Origin: an uncultured Verrucomicrobiota bacterium
Lineage (GTDB): Bacteria; Verrucomicrobiota; Kiritimatiellia; RFP12; UBA1067
Assembly (NCBI GenBank): GCA_946544115.1
Contig: CAMNLW010000002.1
Coordinates: 6,729 to 70,728, forward strand
DNA: 64,000 bases
Direction of reading: 5' to 3'
The notes beneath the pieces were generated by a model. It worked only from the letters and a program-made list of their open reading frames with translations, was not told the DNA's origin and searched no databases. This document shows positions 47,486-57,741 of the stretch, piece by piece; within the stretch, counting starts at the first letter, position 1, and the number at the start of each line of letters is the position of its first letter. The position numbers and the translations under genes are program-made.

Positions 47486-50400
47486 TCATTCGGCAGCAGT
47501 AAGATCTACCGCGTCGCCCACTCGCACCGTGCGTTTGCGATTACGCCCTTGCGCGTCCACATAAGGCCTTGTCGCATCGTACCAGCAAGAGCCGAGGACG
47601 CGAGGCGTTTCGCCCGGTATGGCAAAGCCGCGCCATTTTACGCGTGTCTGCCGGTCGGATTTCTCATCTAACTTTACGCTTATAACTCCTGACGCCATCC
47701 CTGACGTTTTATTGACATTCACCGTGCCGCCAGACCAACTCCAGCCTGCCCACGACCAAAGCGCGCCGATAACGTCATAGTTGTTCTTGTAGGAGAGCGA
47801 TTCAATGCCTGATTCGTCGTGTGACCAGAAAGGAATAACATTCGGTGTAGCGCATAGAGCCGTGCCGTCAATATCAACCATAGCCGCAAATGTATCCGAA
47901 GACGAACTTGCAAAGACAGACAGAGTTGCGCTTGCCGCGTTATTCGTAACCGGCACAAGGTAAGACGTTCCGCTGATGTTCTTCCCGTTTGGAAGTGTGC
48001 CTGCGAACATAACGGCGCCGCGATTCCACAGGCTTCTTGTGTCGCATTTAAGTCGTATGGCCGGAGAGCCGAAGCAGAGCGTGTTTTCGTTTGTCGTCGC
48101 GTCGAGAACAAACGCCGCAACATAATTGCCGCCGAAAACTTCTGCAGTATGGTTCGTGCTCCACTGTTGAGCGCCTGCCGGGATGTCCGCGGTTCCCACC
48201 AAGATTTCGTCAGCACATCCGCCGCCTTGCGAAACGGTTGCGCCAAGCGAACCGTCCGCACCGAGCGTAGCGCCAAAAATCCATTTACCACCGCAGCAAG
48301 CCGACTTCTCGGCATACAATGACACCGTGCCGGATTCATCCACGGCCGCAAGACCCGGCGCGGAGAAAGCAACCGCCCTGCCGCCATTCATGCGATAACG
48401 CGCGCTCGTCTTGCCGTTCTTGGACACAGTCAAGTCAAGAAGACCTGCGAGACGGGTGCCGTCTTCGCTGAGCAGAGGCAGGCCGTTCCATGAACGGGCT
48501 TTGACAAAGCCGTCGTTCACATCGGCAAGAGCCTTGTTTTTAAATGTCACTGTCACGGGCATGGAATAAAGCCGCCCGCCGCCATCACGCTCTAGCAAGA
48601 CCCAGTATGTCGCCGTCGTATCAACAGTTCCTGTGGTGGGGGTGCCGGTTACGACAAGCTTGCCGTCGACAAGTGTCACTTTAAGTCCCGCAGGGACGCT
48701 GCCGGATATTTTTACCAGAGACTTGACAGTCATGCCGTCCGGTATCGCAACCGAAGTAAGGTTTGTCATGGTCGTAGTGTACTGCACGCCGCTCCATTTC
48801 ACGTCGTCGCCGTCGAAAAGCGGCGCGTCGCCGGGGAGAACGCGAACCTTGAGCGTCGCCCCGTCCTTGACCACGGGCACCGAATTGGAGGACGTCACCG
48901 TCACCGTGACGTCGGTGTAACCGCTCTTGCCAGGGGCCGGGAATCCTTTGTCGAGGAACGCCGTCTGGGTCCCGGTCAGGTAGTTCGCCCAGGAAAGCGT
49001 CTCCCTTGCCGTGTCCTTCCCGTTCTTCCAGCTGATGTACGCTGCCGCGGGCCCCTTGCCGCCAGTGCGGTTTACCTGAACGGAGATCGCGTCGTCCGTG
49101 CGCAATTCGCCGTCCGCCATGTAGCGCACGTAGATCCGCCCGTCGGCTCGCACCGCCGGCGTCACGGACACCACCGCGATCTGCCCTTCCTCGGATGGCT
49201 CCTTGCCGTAGGAGATGGTGTAGTACTTCTCCACGCCAGCCATGGCGTCTATCTCTTCGATGCGCAGAGTGATGTTGTAGAGCCCGTCGTTGTACTCGCT
49301 TCCCTTCAGCGTGACCGGCACGTACTTGACGCCAGTCTCGCCGTTCGTCCATACAAGGTCGGTCGAGGCAAACTCGTAGCGGCCGGTCGCCGTTGTCAAC
49401 GTTTCGTCGATTGCCACGTTCACCCTCAACTCTCCGTCGCTTCCGAAGAGGCGGTAGAGCGGCACCTGTATCACCTGGTTGGTCGTGGCCTGGATGACGG
49501 TGGCGGCCTGTCCAAAAAACGATATCAACCCGGCATTGGTCGTAGCGCGATATGCAGATACCGTGTAGCCGAACGCCGATTTGCCGCCATATTTCTTGCC
49601 GCTTCCGGCGCTTTCATATTTTCTGGACACGGCCACGAACAGTCGCCCGGCATCCACATCCTCCTGCGACAGTGAATAGACGATTTCGGCGTCTCGCACA
49701 CCGTTTGTCGCAAAAATGCTAAGCCCCCCATCAAGTTCGCAGCACTCTCCGCTTTTCTCATCGCGGCACAGTACCGTGACAAAAGCGTTGCTGGTGGAGG
49801 TTCCGAAAACAACCTTGCCGTCCGCCCAGCCGTCGCCGGTCAGCTGGATGCAGTCGATGGTGTCGTTGACGGAGAGAGTCCCTGTCGTTTCGCCGCCGAA
49901 GGCGATTGATGGCAGTCCTGCTTTCGCCCAGTTCTCTGGCTCGTCCGGCAGATCGTTCGTAGCCTCCGCACCGTCCGCCGCCTGCTCGACCAGCTCGTTA
50001 AGTCGCGCCAGATTCTCGTCGAGATCGCACTTCCCATCGGCGTCGAAGTACGGCGCGAGGAACCCGGCCACGGAACCATCGGCCCGCACGAACGCGATCT
50101 GGAAAGTATTCGGTAGGGCGGTCGCCCCGCGACCGCCGAACAGCTCCTTCGCGTCCGCCTCCGCCTGCGCAGCGTATTCCTCGCCCTGCTTTGCGCTCAA
50201 CCCGTTCAGCGACATGAACGACGCACCGCTGTTGCCATTGGAGGCCATGTTGTACGAGAAGAGCGACGCTCCTGTTTCCAGCTCGGGCTTGTCGAGATAT
50301 ACAAGCGAGACTTTGTTGCTTGCGCACCATTCCTCGAAATCCGCAGATGCAAAGACAGCTTCATTAAAAGCGCGAAGCCCTGCATCCCAAACGACTCCTC

Positions 50401-51370
50401 CGTTGACCGCCAGGAAGAATCCTTCGCCCGCGCTTTTAATCAGAGCCGCATCGGTCGTCCATTCGCCGTAGCCAGGAGTGACTATTGTGCCGGGAAGATG
50501 TGGAAATGCGCACGCGTTTGCCGGTTGCGCAACGCATGTTATTGAATTTGTCGCAACAGCAAGATGATTTGTGTTGAGAAGCACAAGTGTCACCTTATCG
50601 TTGACGTTGGTCAGTTTCCCGAAAAGATCGATGGCGATCTCGCTTGATTGGCCGCTCTTTGCCCAGTTGAATTCATTTGTCGCAATCACGCCATCTGGGT
50701 ATTTCACCTCAAGCCAGTTTGTTTCCGCCTTGTCAAGGCTGTTCGTGCGTATGAATGGAACATAAACAGTTTCCTTTTCTGCTGTAACCTTGAGTTCACC
50801 GTCCTCCACCGCAAACTTTGCATCTGACGCCGGCGGAATGAAATGATGTTTGGGAAGTTCCGCGTTGAACCGTGTAACGAAGGCGTTGACGATACCTTGA
50901 TAGCCCGCTGGGTTGGAAAACGTGCCGGAAGACACGAGTTCATACCCGTCAGGGAACTTCGCATAGCAAACACACACAGGTGAGTTCCCAGGGTCACCAT
51001 GATGCTTTAACACGAAGTCGGCGACATCGCTTTCTGCTTGACGTGCAGTTCCATAGAACAGCCCCTGCAGGACCTTTTTGCTGACGCCCCATGATGAATA
51101 TGTGGCATAAGAAGCATTCAAGGCCGAGACAAAGGAGCTGAGCGTGGATTCACTCTTCCCCCATACGACTGTAAAAGGACGCTGGGCTTCGGCGCAGAGT
51201 TCCAGACATTGTGAAAGGGCGTCGTCTGGCAATGGCGTGGACTGCGACCCGTAAAACCTACCCGATCCAATGGCAATCGCCAATCTGTTGATGTACAGAA
51301 AGTTCACCAGTTGCGTGGCATGCAACATTCCGATGAACAGAAGAGACAAGACAAAGACGACTTTTTTCAT
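47486..51370 (-). CDS. Giant secreted protein C (1294 aa), an A-type paralog whose two Trx-like domains have lost the CxxC motif
   Basis: Signal peptide. FTVVWGKSESTL sits where the other paralogs have CxxC. The second Trx-like region GGVVWDAG...VSLVYLDKPE also lacks Cys. Calx-beta-like and putative Ig-like (VPAGLKVTLVDGKLVVTGTPTTG) segments. C-terminal domain homologous to A/A' (SLWNRGAVMFAGTLPNGKNISGTSYL...). Confidence 0.55.
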   Translation of the reverse strand: MKKVVFVLSLLFIGMLHATQLVNFLYINRLAIAIGSGRFYGSQSTPLPDDALSQCLELCAEAQRPFTVVWGKSESTLSSFVSALNASYATYSSWGVSKKVLQGLFYGTARQAESDVADFVLKHHGDPGNSPVCVCYAKFPDGYELVSSGTFSNPAGYQGIVNAFVTRFNAELPKHHFIPPASDAKFAVEDGELKVTAEKETVYVPFIRTNSLDKAETNWLEVKYPDGVIATNEFNWAKSGQSSEIAIDLFGKLTNVNDKVTLVLLNTNHLAVATNSITCVAQPANACAFPHLPGTIVTPGYGEWTTDAALIKSAGEGFFLAVNGGVVWDAGLRAFNEAVFASADFEEWCASNKVSLVYLDKPELETGASLFSYNMASNGNSGASFMSLNGLSAKQGEEYAAQAEADAKELFGGRGATALPNTFQIAFVRADGSVAGFLAPYFDADGKCDLDENLARLNELVEQAADGAEATNDLPDEPENWAKAGLPSIAFGGETTGTLSVNDTIDCIQLTGDGWADGKVVFGTSTSNAFVTVLCRDEKSGECCELDGGLSIFATNGVRDAEIVYSLSQEDVDAGRLFVAVSRKYESAGSGKKYGGKSAFGYTVSAYRATTNAGLISFFGQAATVIQATTNQVIQVPLYRLFGSDGELRVNVAIDETLTTATGRYEFASTDLVWTNGETGVKYVPVTLKGSEYNDGLYNITLRIEEIDAMAGVEKYYTISYGKEPSEEGQIAVVSVTPAVRADGRIYVRYMADGELRTDDAISVQVNRTGGKGPAAAYISWKNGKDTARETLSWANYLTGTQTAFLDKGFPAPGKSGYTDVTVTVTSSNSVPVVKDGATLKVRVLPGDAPLFDGDDVKWSGVQYTTTMTNLTSVAIPDGMTVKSLVKISGSVPAGLKVTLVDGKLVVTGTPTTGTVDTTATYWVLLERDGGGRLYSMPVTVTFKNKALADVNDGFVKARSWNGLPLLSEDGTRLAGLLDLTVSKNGKTSARYRMNGGRAVAFSAPGLAAVDESGTVSLYAEKSACCGGKWIFGATLGADGSLGATVSQGGGCADEILVGTADIPAGAQQWSTNHTAEVFGGNYVAAFVLDATTNENTLCFGSPAIRLKCDTRSLWNRGAVMFAGTLPNGKNISGTSYLVPVTNNAASATLSVFASSSSDTFAAMVDIDGTALCATPNVIPFWSHDESGIESLSYKNNYDVIGALWSWAGWSWSGGTVNVNKTSGMASGVISVKLDEKSDRQTRVKWRGFAIPGETPRVLGSCWYDATRPYVDAQGRNRKRTVRVGDAVDLTAAE

Positions 51371-51406
51371 GGCGCCGACCTTCTGATTATTTAGACCCCT
51401 GATTAA

Positions 51407-52513
51407 TTAGAAAAGATTCCTGCCATGCGGATAAACGATGGTGTTTAAGCCGTTCGTAACGAGGTTTTCTACATAACTGTCAATAGCCTGAAGCTGCATC
51501 TGGATCTTTAAGTCCGAAAACATCTTATCGTTTGACTGACGAAGGAAGAGGGGTTCCTTTTCCATTCTTATACGCTTTAGTATTCTCTGCTCCGACATGG
51601 CAATCTTTCCTTCCTTGTCGCGCCGCGCAGGGATTATTTCGCTGACCATAATCATATCGATGCCGTCGTCATCCTCCTGAATAGGAAGAATCTCACCCTT
51701 TGCCGCAGCAAACACGAGTTCGGCAATCGTTTCGTCATCGATGTCACCACGCGCAACCGTCTCCCACTCACCGGATTCATTTATTTCAAAGCGCCCGTCC
51801 GGGCCGTACTTTTCGACAAGAGCGTCAAATGTCAACTTGCCGGCGGCGATTTCATTCCGCCAGTTCTCGAACATCTGACGCCGGACGCTGTTTGTAAGGC
51901 CTATGATGTTGTTCTCCAAAGTGACTTGTGCCTGCGCGTTGGAAACGAAAGTCATGTCAACTTCGGTCACCGGGGGGATTCTCTGCTTCACGAGTTCGGA
52001 GACGAGTTCGCGTTCTGCAATTTGATATATAAGGTGTCTGTCGGCATTCCCGTACTTTGAAAGCAATTCATCGGCAGTAATTTTGTTAGCCGTCGCCCTC
52101 TCTTCAAGCACAGCCTTGATCTTAGCCACAAGGGCGGCATTATCCATCACATTGTTTGTCCTGGCATCGTCGATGAGAAGCCTGTTGCGGATAAACTGAT
52201 CGAGGAACTGCACCCTCGCCTGTTCGAAATATTTCTCAGCCTCTCCCAGATTTCCCTTGGCATGCTTGCGTATCATAGCCAGCAACTGCCCAGTCCACAC
52301 GTCATAGTCACGCTTCAGCAGTGGATAACCATTGACTGCGACGATTACGTCATCTGGCTTCATGTCATCTATTTTCTTCACATCACGGGAGTCCTTAACG
52401 CTTATACGTGCATTCAACTCCAATGGCGACTGAAACAAAGATGCTCTATTGTCATTTCGGCCACATCCACAAACGGCCAGAACAACTAGTATGAAAAACG
52501 ACGTTTTTTTCAT
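51407..52513 (-). CDS. Lipoprotein with SurA-N-like and parvulin-like regions; second copy, heading the minus-strand array
   Basis: MKKTSFFILVVLAVCGCG lipobox. VAVNGYPLLKRDYD (SurA-N-like). GEILPIQEDDDGIDMIMVSEI (parvulin-like). Confidence 0.45.
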   Translation of the reverse strand: MKKTSFFILVVLAVCGCGRNDNRASLFQSPLELNARISVKDSRDVKKIDDMKPDDVIVAVNGYPLLKRDYDVWTGQLLAMIRKHAKGNLGEAEKYFEQARVQFLDQFIRNRLLIDDARTNNVMDNAALVAKIKAVLEERATANKITADELLSKYGNADRHLIYQIAERELVSELVKQRIPPVTEVDMTFVSNAQAQVTLENNIIGLTNSVRRQMFENWRNEIAAGKLTFDALVEKYGPDGRFEINESGEWETVARGDIDDETIAELVFAAAKGEILPIQEDDDGIDMIMVSEIIPARRDKEGKIAMSEQRILKRIRMEKEPLFLRQSNDKMFSDLKIQMQLQAIDSYVENLVTNGLNTIVYPHGRNLF

Positions 52514-52594
52514 TTGCAATCTCACTGATGTATATTAAGAAAGGGTGGGGTGTAGCAATACACCTCACCCATTCTCGACTTGCGTCAAGTCAAC

Positions 52595-54064
52595 TTACCT
52601 GAAGTTGCCAAGACCATAGTACCTAGCGAACTGCGGTGTCAGCGCAGGCACGGAGTAGCGCGTAGCCGCCGTAGAGACGCGAGACGCCGTCTCAGCCGCA
52701 CCAGTTGTAGCGACGAAGATCGTCTGGTCGTTCAGACGAAGCGCACATCCCTTAAGCGTAGACACGAGATCTTCCAGATCGTCAGCATCCTCGGTGTAGT
52801 TTGCAGCGTTAGCCGCTACCGTACCGCCGCTGAGACGACTAACCTCGGGAACCGTCAGAGCGGCCACCGGGATGTTGTTCGCACGACGCTTGATCGACCA
52901 GGTACCAGTAATGATATCCGTCGTGTTGAGCTCGGCGAAGCCATCCTGCCAAAGGTCGCGCTGATCCTGGTCACCAGCATAGTCCTGAACAGGGTTGGCC
53001 AGCGGAGTAAACCACTGATCTTCCCAGTCCTGAACCAGGTTGAGCCAAGTAATGACCTGACCATTGGACGTATACGAAGTGTGGAGCAATCCCTCGTAGG
53101 TGCAGAGGAAGAGACCACCCTTCAGATTGCCCGAAAGCGTGTTCAGGAGCGCAGTAGCGGAGGTTCCGCTAAAACCGCAGCACGTACCGGCAGAGACATC
53201 GCGGATGAACTTTCCAAAGCCGGAACCATTCATCCAAGTGTCGTGGAAGTAGTACGTGCCGGTCCAGCCAGGAACAGCCGTAGCAATCTGCACGTCGGTT
53301 TCAAAGCCGGCATCAATGGCCGTCTGAGCTGCCTGCCACCAAGCTGCGAGGTTGCGACCTTCATAGTCAGGACCATTGTACTCGCCAAACAGATAGCAGG
53401 ACTGCCACACGTAGTCCTGAATCATAGCCATACCAGCGGTACCCGGAGTCCCCGCAGCCGGAGCAGCCGGCTGTCCCGGACCCACAGTCGGAGCCGTCGC
53501 AATACGCGAAGTGATGCCAGCTATGAGAGAATCGAGCTTTGCACGGACAGGACCAACCGCCTCGCCACCAACATAGAGGTAGCCTTCGGCAAGACCCGAA
53601 GTAGCGTTAGGTCTGCCATCGGCACCGAACCTGTAGGACGTGTCGATGAAGTTCACTTCAATGTTTGCGGGAAGTATCTTGGCCGTACGGAACGAACGCG
53701 CATTTACCCCAGCAGGAACCGTCGCCGAATTATTCTGGACGACGAGAAACGCACGATTACGACCATGGTCAATACCAGCCGTCGCAGGATAGCCATTAGC
53801 AGCCGTAGAGCCGTTGGCAATCTTGTCGGCGATGATCGTCTGGCTTGTCGCACCCTCGCTATCGACGACCAGATACCCCTTGAGCGACGCGCTCTTGACG
53901 AGCTTCTGGTAGACGTTGCGGTTGGTGTTGTTCATGTCGCGAACGTTGATACGCTTCGCATACATGTGCTTCACGGAAGCCTTGTAATCGTAGACCTGAG
54001 GCATAACGGCAAAAGCACCGCCAGCAACGGCCGCCGTCAAGGCAGTAACCATTAGCTTCTTCAT
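52595..54064 (-). CDS. Secreted protein (about 490 aa) of unknown function; shares leader and signal peptide with the 26745 gene
   Basis: Start at MKKLMVTALTAAVAGGAFA (track ORF Met-35). The signal-peptide nucleotide sequence is homologous to that of 26745. The mature part is Gly/Thr/Ala-rich with a CCGFSG motif and has no recognisable domain. Confidence 0.5.
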   Translation of the reverse strand: MKKLMVTALTAAVAGGAFAVMPQVYDYKASVKHMYAKRINVRDMNNTNRNVYQKLVKSASLKGYLVVDSEGATSQTIIADKIANGSTAANGYPATAGIDHGRNRAFLVVQNNSATVPAGVNARSFRTAKILPANIEVNFIDTSYRFGADGRPNATSGLAEGYLYVGGEAVGPVRAKLDSLIAGITSRIATAPTVGPGQPAAPAAGTPGTAGMAMIQDYVWQSCYLFGEYNGPDYEGRNLAAWWQAAQTAIDAGFETDVQIATAVPGWTGTYYFHDTWMNGSGFGKFIRDVSAGTCCGFSGTSATALLNTLSGNLKGGLFLCTYEGLLHTSYTSNGQVITWLNLVQDWEDQWFTPLANPVQDYAGDQDQRDLWQDGFAELNTTDIITGTWSIKRRANNIPVAALTVPEVSRLSGGTVAANAANYTEDADDLEDLVSTLKGCALRLNDQTIFVATTGAAETASRVSTAATRYSVPALTPQFARYYGLGNFR

Positions 54065-54330
54065 TTTTGTTTCCTTTACTTTGGAGTCGGGCTTGTTGTC
54101 CCTTCCCCGATTCCCTCCGCTTTCCTGAACTCTTGCGGTCACCCGACCGCCTTTGCTCAAGTCCACTTCAGGTGGTTAACTTATTGTCCCCTCGCAGTTC
54201 AGGGCGCACGGCTGGATTGACCTTGTCCGTTAACCACAGGCTCGGACATCCCATCCGGGCCAAAGTCAATAAGCAAAGGCGAGAGAATGGGGTTTCCCTT
54301 GTTTTTGCTAAAAGCCGGGATGCCGCGCGA
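54065..54330 (-). ncRNA. Conserved ~220-250-nt 5' leader (copy B), inverted relative to copy A
   Basis: The reverse complement of about 54080-54260 matches 26550-26730. A candidate TAGAAT -10 (plus-strand complement attcta) lies near 54326-54331. Confidence 0.5.
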
Positions 54331-54470
54331 TTCTACTTGGCGCACCGATGCCTGTCGCTATGGCTGGACCGACACGATATTTTCCGCTGTCTCGCTGAGA
54401 CTTGCCCAAGTGTCGGCGGATTGGGGTGCCTTGGCGGGCATGACGGCCATAGATATGATATAATTGCAGC

Positions 54471-54956
54471 ATGAGCAATGCCGAAGAACTAGTTGTTAAA
54501 CTGTCCGCCAAAGGCCTTACATGCGCCACTGCCGAGTCGTGCACTGGCGGCGGTGTCGGCAGCGCCATAACTGCAGTCGCCGGTTCGAGCGCCGTTTTCA
54601 AAGGCGGCGTCATAAGCTATTCCAACGACGTGAAGGCCTACGTTCTCGGCGTGTCGCGCGATTTGCTGGCCCGGGTTGGCGCGGTGTCGGGCGAAGTTGC
54701 CGGGCAGATGGCCGCAGGAGCCCGTCGCGTCATCGGTGCCGATATTGCGGTGAGTCTTACCGGGATCGCCGGGCCGGGCGGCGGCAGCGCCGAAAAGCCT
54801 GTCGGTCTCGTCTGGTTCGGCGTCGCGACCGCCGCGCGCATAGCCACCGAGCGCCGTGTGTTCACGGGCGACAGAGCCGCCGTGCGAAGCGCTGCGGTCG
54901 CGCATGCAATAGATCTTTTGTCTGCGGCGGCCGACGGTTTGGAGGGGAAAGGGTAG
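54471..54956 (+). CDS. CinA C-terminal-domain protein / NMN amidohydrolase PncC-like
   Basis: 161-aa product. [40 protein letters not shown] matches the CinA_C family. TGATATAAT lies 6 nt before the ATG. Confidence 0.7.
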   Translation: MSNAEELVVKLSAKGLTCATAESCTGGGVGSAITAVAGSSAVFKGGVISYSNDVKAYVLGVSRDLLARVGAVSGEVAGQMAAGARRVIGADIAVSLTGIAGPGGGSAEKPVGLVWFGVATAARIATERRVFTGDRAAVRSAAVAHAIDLLSAAADGLEGKG

Positions 54957-54963
54957 GCCGCGA

Positions 54964-57741
54964 ATGACTGCGAGGCGGGAATTTCTCGATCCGGCAAAAA
55001 GTCTTGTGTCCGAAACAGTCCGCTGGCTTGCGCCGCGCGTGCGCGAAAACGCCGCCGGGGCCAGATCACTTTCGCATATCCTTGTCGTCGTGCCGACGGC
55101 GCAGTCGGCACGCAATCTTCGCCTCGCCCTTGCCCGCGCCTTCGCGCCCGCAGGCGTTCTGCCGCCTGCCATAACCATGCCGCGCGATCTTCTGGCCGAC
55201 GGCGGTTCCGCACGCGTCGCGACGAAAGCCGAAGCGTTGTCGACAATGGCCGAAGTCCTGCTCGACGCCGACATCGACGCGCTTGGAGCGCTCTTCCCCA
55301 GGCCGCCGGCCGGGCGCGGGCCGGACTGGGCCCTCGACATGGCGGAACGACTCCTCGGCGTCGCGACGCTTCTCGGCGAGCAGGCGATGACGATGGGCGA
55401 GGTCGTCTGCCCGGAGGATGCCGCGCGGTGGCGCGACATCGCCTCGATCGAAAAGGCGTTCTTCGCCGGTCTGGAATCGAAGGGCGTCATGCCGCCGTCG
55501 CTCGCGCGCAAGGCTGCGGTGCGGCGCGGCTGCACTGCAGCGGGTGTAGAGCAGATCGTTCTTCCGGCGTGCGTAGACGCCCAGGGAGCGCTCGTCAAAT
55601 ATCTCGAGAACTCCTCGCAGGAAGTAGTCGTGCTTGTACATGCGTACATGTCGGAGGCCGGGAAGTTCGACGAATGGGGGAGGCCTGTCGCAATGTTCTC
55701 CGCAGGCGTTGCACCGTCCGCGATATCCGCCGCTCCTACCGCGGTCATCGAGGCTGATGATATCGCGCGGTTCTTTCGCGGCATCCCCGAGACCGATGCG
55801 CTCCCGGCGCTGGCGGTGTGCGACGCGCAGATGTTTCCGGAGCTTGAAGGCGCGTTTCAGAACTATTTCTCGGAGGACGAGCTTGTCCTGCGGAATCCTT
55901 CCGACGAGCCGTTCGCGCAGTCGTCGTTGGGGCGGCTTCTTGTCGGAATGATCGACCTTGCGGGCCGCGGCGACTACGAGACGTTTTCCGCATTCGCGAG
56001 AAGCGGCGATGTCGCCCGCTGGGCGGCGTTGGCTCTCGCCGTCGCGCCGGAGGATGTAGCGCGTTTTGTCGGCGCGCTCGACGCCGTGCAGAACGCCCAT
56101 CTTCCGCGCACGATCGACGAGGCTTTGCGCGGGGCCGAGGTCGAGGCGCTGTCGGCCCGGCACGAGGCGGATCGCCACGCCTTTGCGGGACTGGTTTCGC
56201 TTGTCCGTGCGATAAAGAACGAACTCGCCGACCCGTTCGCGTTTTTGCGGAAGATTTTCGCCACGGTTGTTCTCGACGAGCGCAGGCCTGGCGACCGCGA
56301 GCTCATCGCGGCCGCTGCGGAGGCGCGGCGACTGCGCGAGGAATGCGCGAGCGAGGCCGTTCCCGCGCGACTGCGCAGAGCGCTCTTCGCAAGACTTCTG
56401 GGGGAGGCCTCCTACATGCTGGAGCCGACTGCGCCGCACGTGCTGGCGGCGTTGGGCTGGCTTGAGATCCCGTGGTGCGACGACGACGAACTGGTCATAT
56501 CAGGTTTCAACGAAGGGTGTGTGCCTGAGAGTGTTGTCGGCCATCCGTTCGTCCCCGATTCCCTGCGCGCGCGGCTCGGGCTTTCGACGAACGCGTCCAG
56601 GGCGTGCCGCGATTCGTTCATGCTTGCCGAGGCCGTCCGGTGCAGAGCGCCGGGAGCGGTTTCCATCCATCTCCATCAGATTGCAGGCGATAAAAACGTC
56701 GCGAAGCCGTCGCGACTTCTTTTCGAGGGCGTGGCCGACGACGATCTGCCGGCGCTGGCGACGAGACTGTACGCCGTCACCAAGGGCGGCGAGGGCGCCC
56801 CGCCTAAGGAACTGCCCTGCGCATGGCGGCTCAAACTGCCTATACCTCCGCGTGGAACGGTATGGCGCGAGCGCATCACGCCGACATCGCTCGACACGTA
56901 TCTGCGCTGTCCGTTCGAGTTCTTCCTGAATGAGGTTTTCGGGGAGCGTAAGGACGACCGCAATCAGGAGCTTGACGAGCGCACCTTCGGAAGTCTGTGC
57001 CATGCGGCGCTCGACGACTTCGCGAAGTGCGCGGCTCGCGATTCGACGGATGAAAAGGTCGTGGCCGATTTTCTGGAAGGGGCGCTGCGCCGCCGTCTCG
57101 CAATCTACGGCGAGAGCCTCCCTGCGGTGATAGAGCTCCAGGGAGAAGCCGCTATCGCGCGTCTTAGAGCGTTCGCGCCCCTGCAGGCTGCGCGGCGCGC
57201 GGCGGGGTGGCGAATTGTCGCCGCCGAGCAGTCGCTTTCGTGCACGATAAAGCAGTGCCCTACTCTCATACGCGGGACGGTCGACCGCATCGATTTGAAC
57301 GAGCGGACGGGTGAAATCGCGATCATCGACTACAAGACGTGGCGCCGTGCCGACGAGAAGAAGCGCAACAGTGTGCAACTGCCGCTGTACCGTGCGATGG
57401 TCGAGGCGTCGGGGAGGTTCGACGCTTCCAGAGCGCGATCTGCGAAAGCTTTTTACTGCGTGCTGGCCGAGCGTGCCGAAGACACGCTTTTCGACGAGGC
57501 GAACGCGTTCGACGAAGGAATGCAGAGCGAGGCCGAGGATACGGTGGTGAGGCTTCTGGAGGGAATCGCCAGAGGCGTTTTCTATCCGCCCGGAAAGGAG
57601 TCGTATTGGAAAGATCATTACAAGGGGCTGGCATGGGAGGATTCCGAGAAGGGGATTGACGAAGGGTGGCTGGAAGACCAGGCTGCGCGGCGCGCCGAAT
57701 GGGAGCGCGCCGCGGCGGACGGGAAGGAGGCGCAGCAATGA
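54964..57741 (+). CDS. AddB/RexB-like helicase-nuclease subunit B (PD-(D/E)XK)
   Basis: 925-aa product. Degenerate N-terminal helicase-like fold. C-terminal RecB-family nuclease motifs (GTVDRIDL...IIDYKTWRRA...QLPLYRAMVEA). Stop overlaps the start of the UvrD-like partner (ATGA). Confidence 0.5.
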   Translation: MTARREFLDPAKSLVSETVRWLAPRVRENAAGARSLSHILVVVPTAQSARNLRLALARAFAPAGVLPPAITMPRDLLADGGSARVATKAEALSTMAEVLLDADIDALGALFPRPPAGRGPDWALDMAERLLGVATLLGEQAMTMGEVVCPEDAARWRDIASIEKAFFAGLESKGVMPPSLARKAAVRRGCTAAGVEQIVLPACVDAQGALVKYLENSSQEVVVLVHAYMSEAGKFDEWGRPVAMFSAGVAPSAISAAPTAVIEADDIARFFRGIPETDALPALAVCDAQMFPELEGAFQNYFSEDELVLRNPSDEPFAQSSLGRLLVGMIDLAGRGDYETFSAFARSGDVARWAALALAVAPEDVARFVGALDAVQNAHLPRTIDEALRGAEVEALSARHEADRHAFAGLVSLVRAIKNELADPFAFLRKIFATVVLDERRPGDRELIAAAAEARRLREECASEAVPARLRRALFARLLGEASYMLEPTAPHVLAALGWLEIPWCDDDELVISGFNEGCVPESVVGHPFVPDSLRARLGLSTNASRACRDSFMLAEAVRCRAPGAVSIHLHQIAGDKNVAKPSRLLFEGVADDDLPALATRLYAVTKGGEGAPPKELPCAWRLKLPIPPRGTVWRERITPTSLDTYLRCPFEFFLNEVFGERKDDRNQELDERTFGSLCHAALDDFAKCAARDSTDEKVVADFLEGALRRRLAIYGESLPAVIELQGEAAIARLRAFAPLQAARRAAGWRIVAAEQSLSCTIKQCPTLIRGTVDRIDLNERTGEIAIIDYKTWRRADEKKRNSVQLPLYRAMVEASGRFDASRARSAKAFYCVLAERAEDTLFDEANAFDEGMQSEAEDTVVRLLEGIARGVFYPPGKESYWKDHYKGLAWEDSEKGIDEGWLEDQAARRAEWERAAADGKEAQQ

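Noticed and set aside
54100-54125. Apparent 1-nt frame discrepancy when hand-indexing the start of the 52595-54064 gene (run of T at about 54119-54123)
   Set aside because: Most likely my own off-by-one error in reading the homopolymer. I deferred to the computed ORF track, which gives a continuous 523-codon frame. Worth a glance in the raw reads, since homopolymer slippage would be a phase-variation mechanism.
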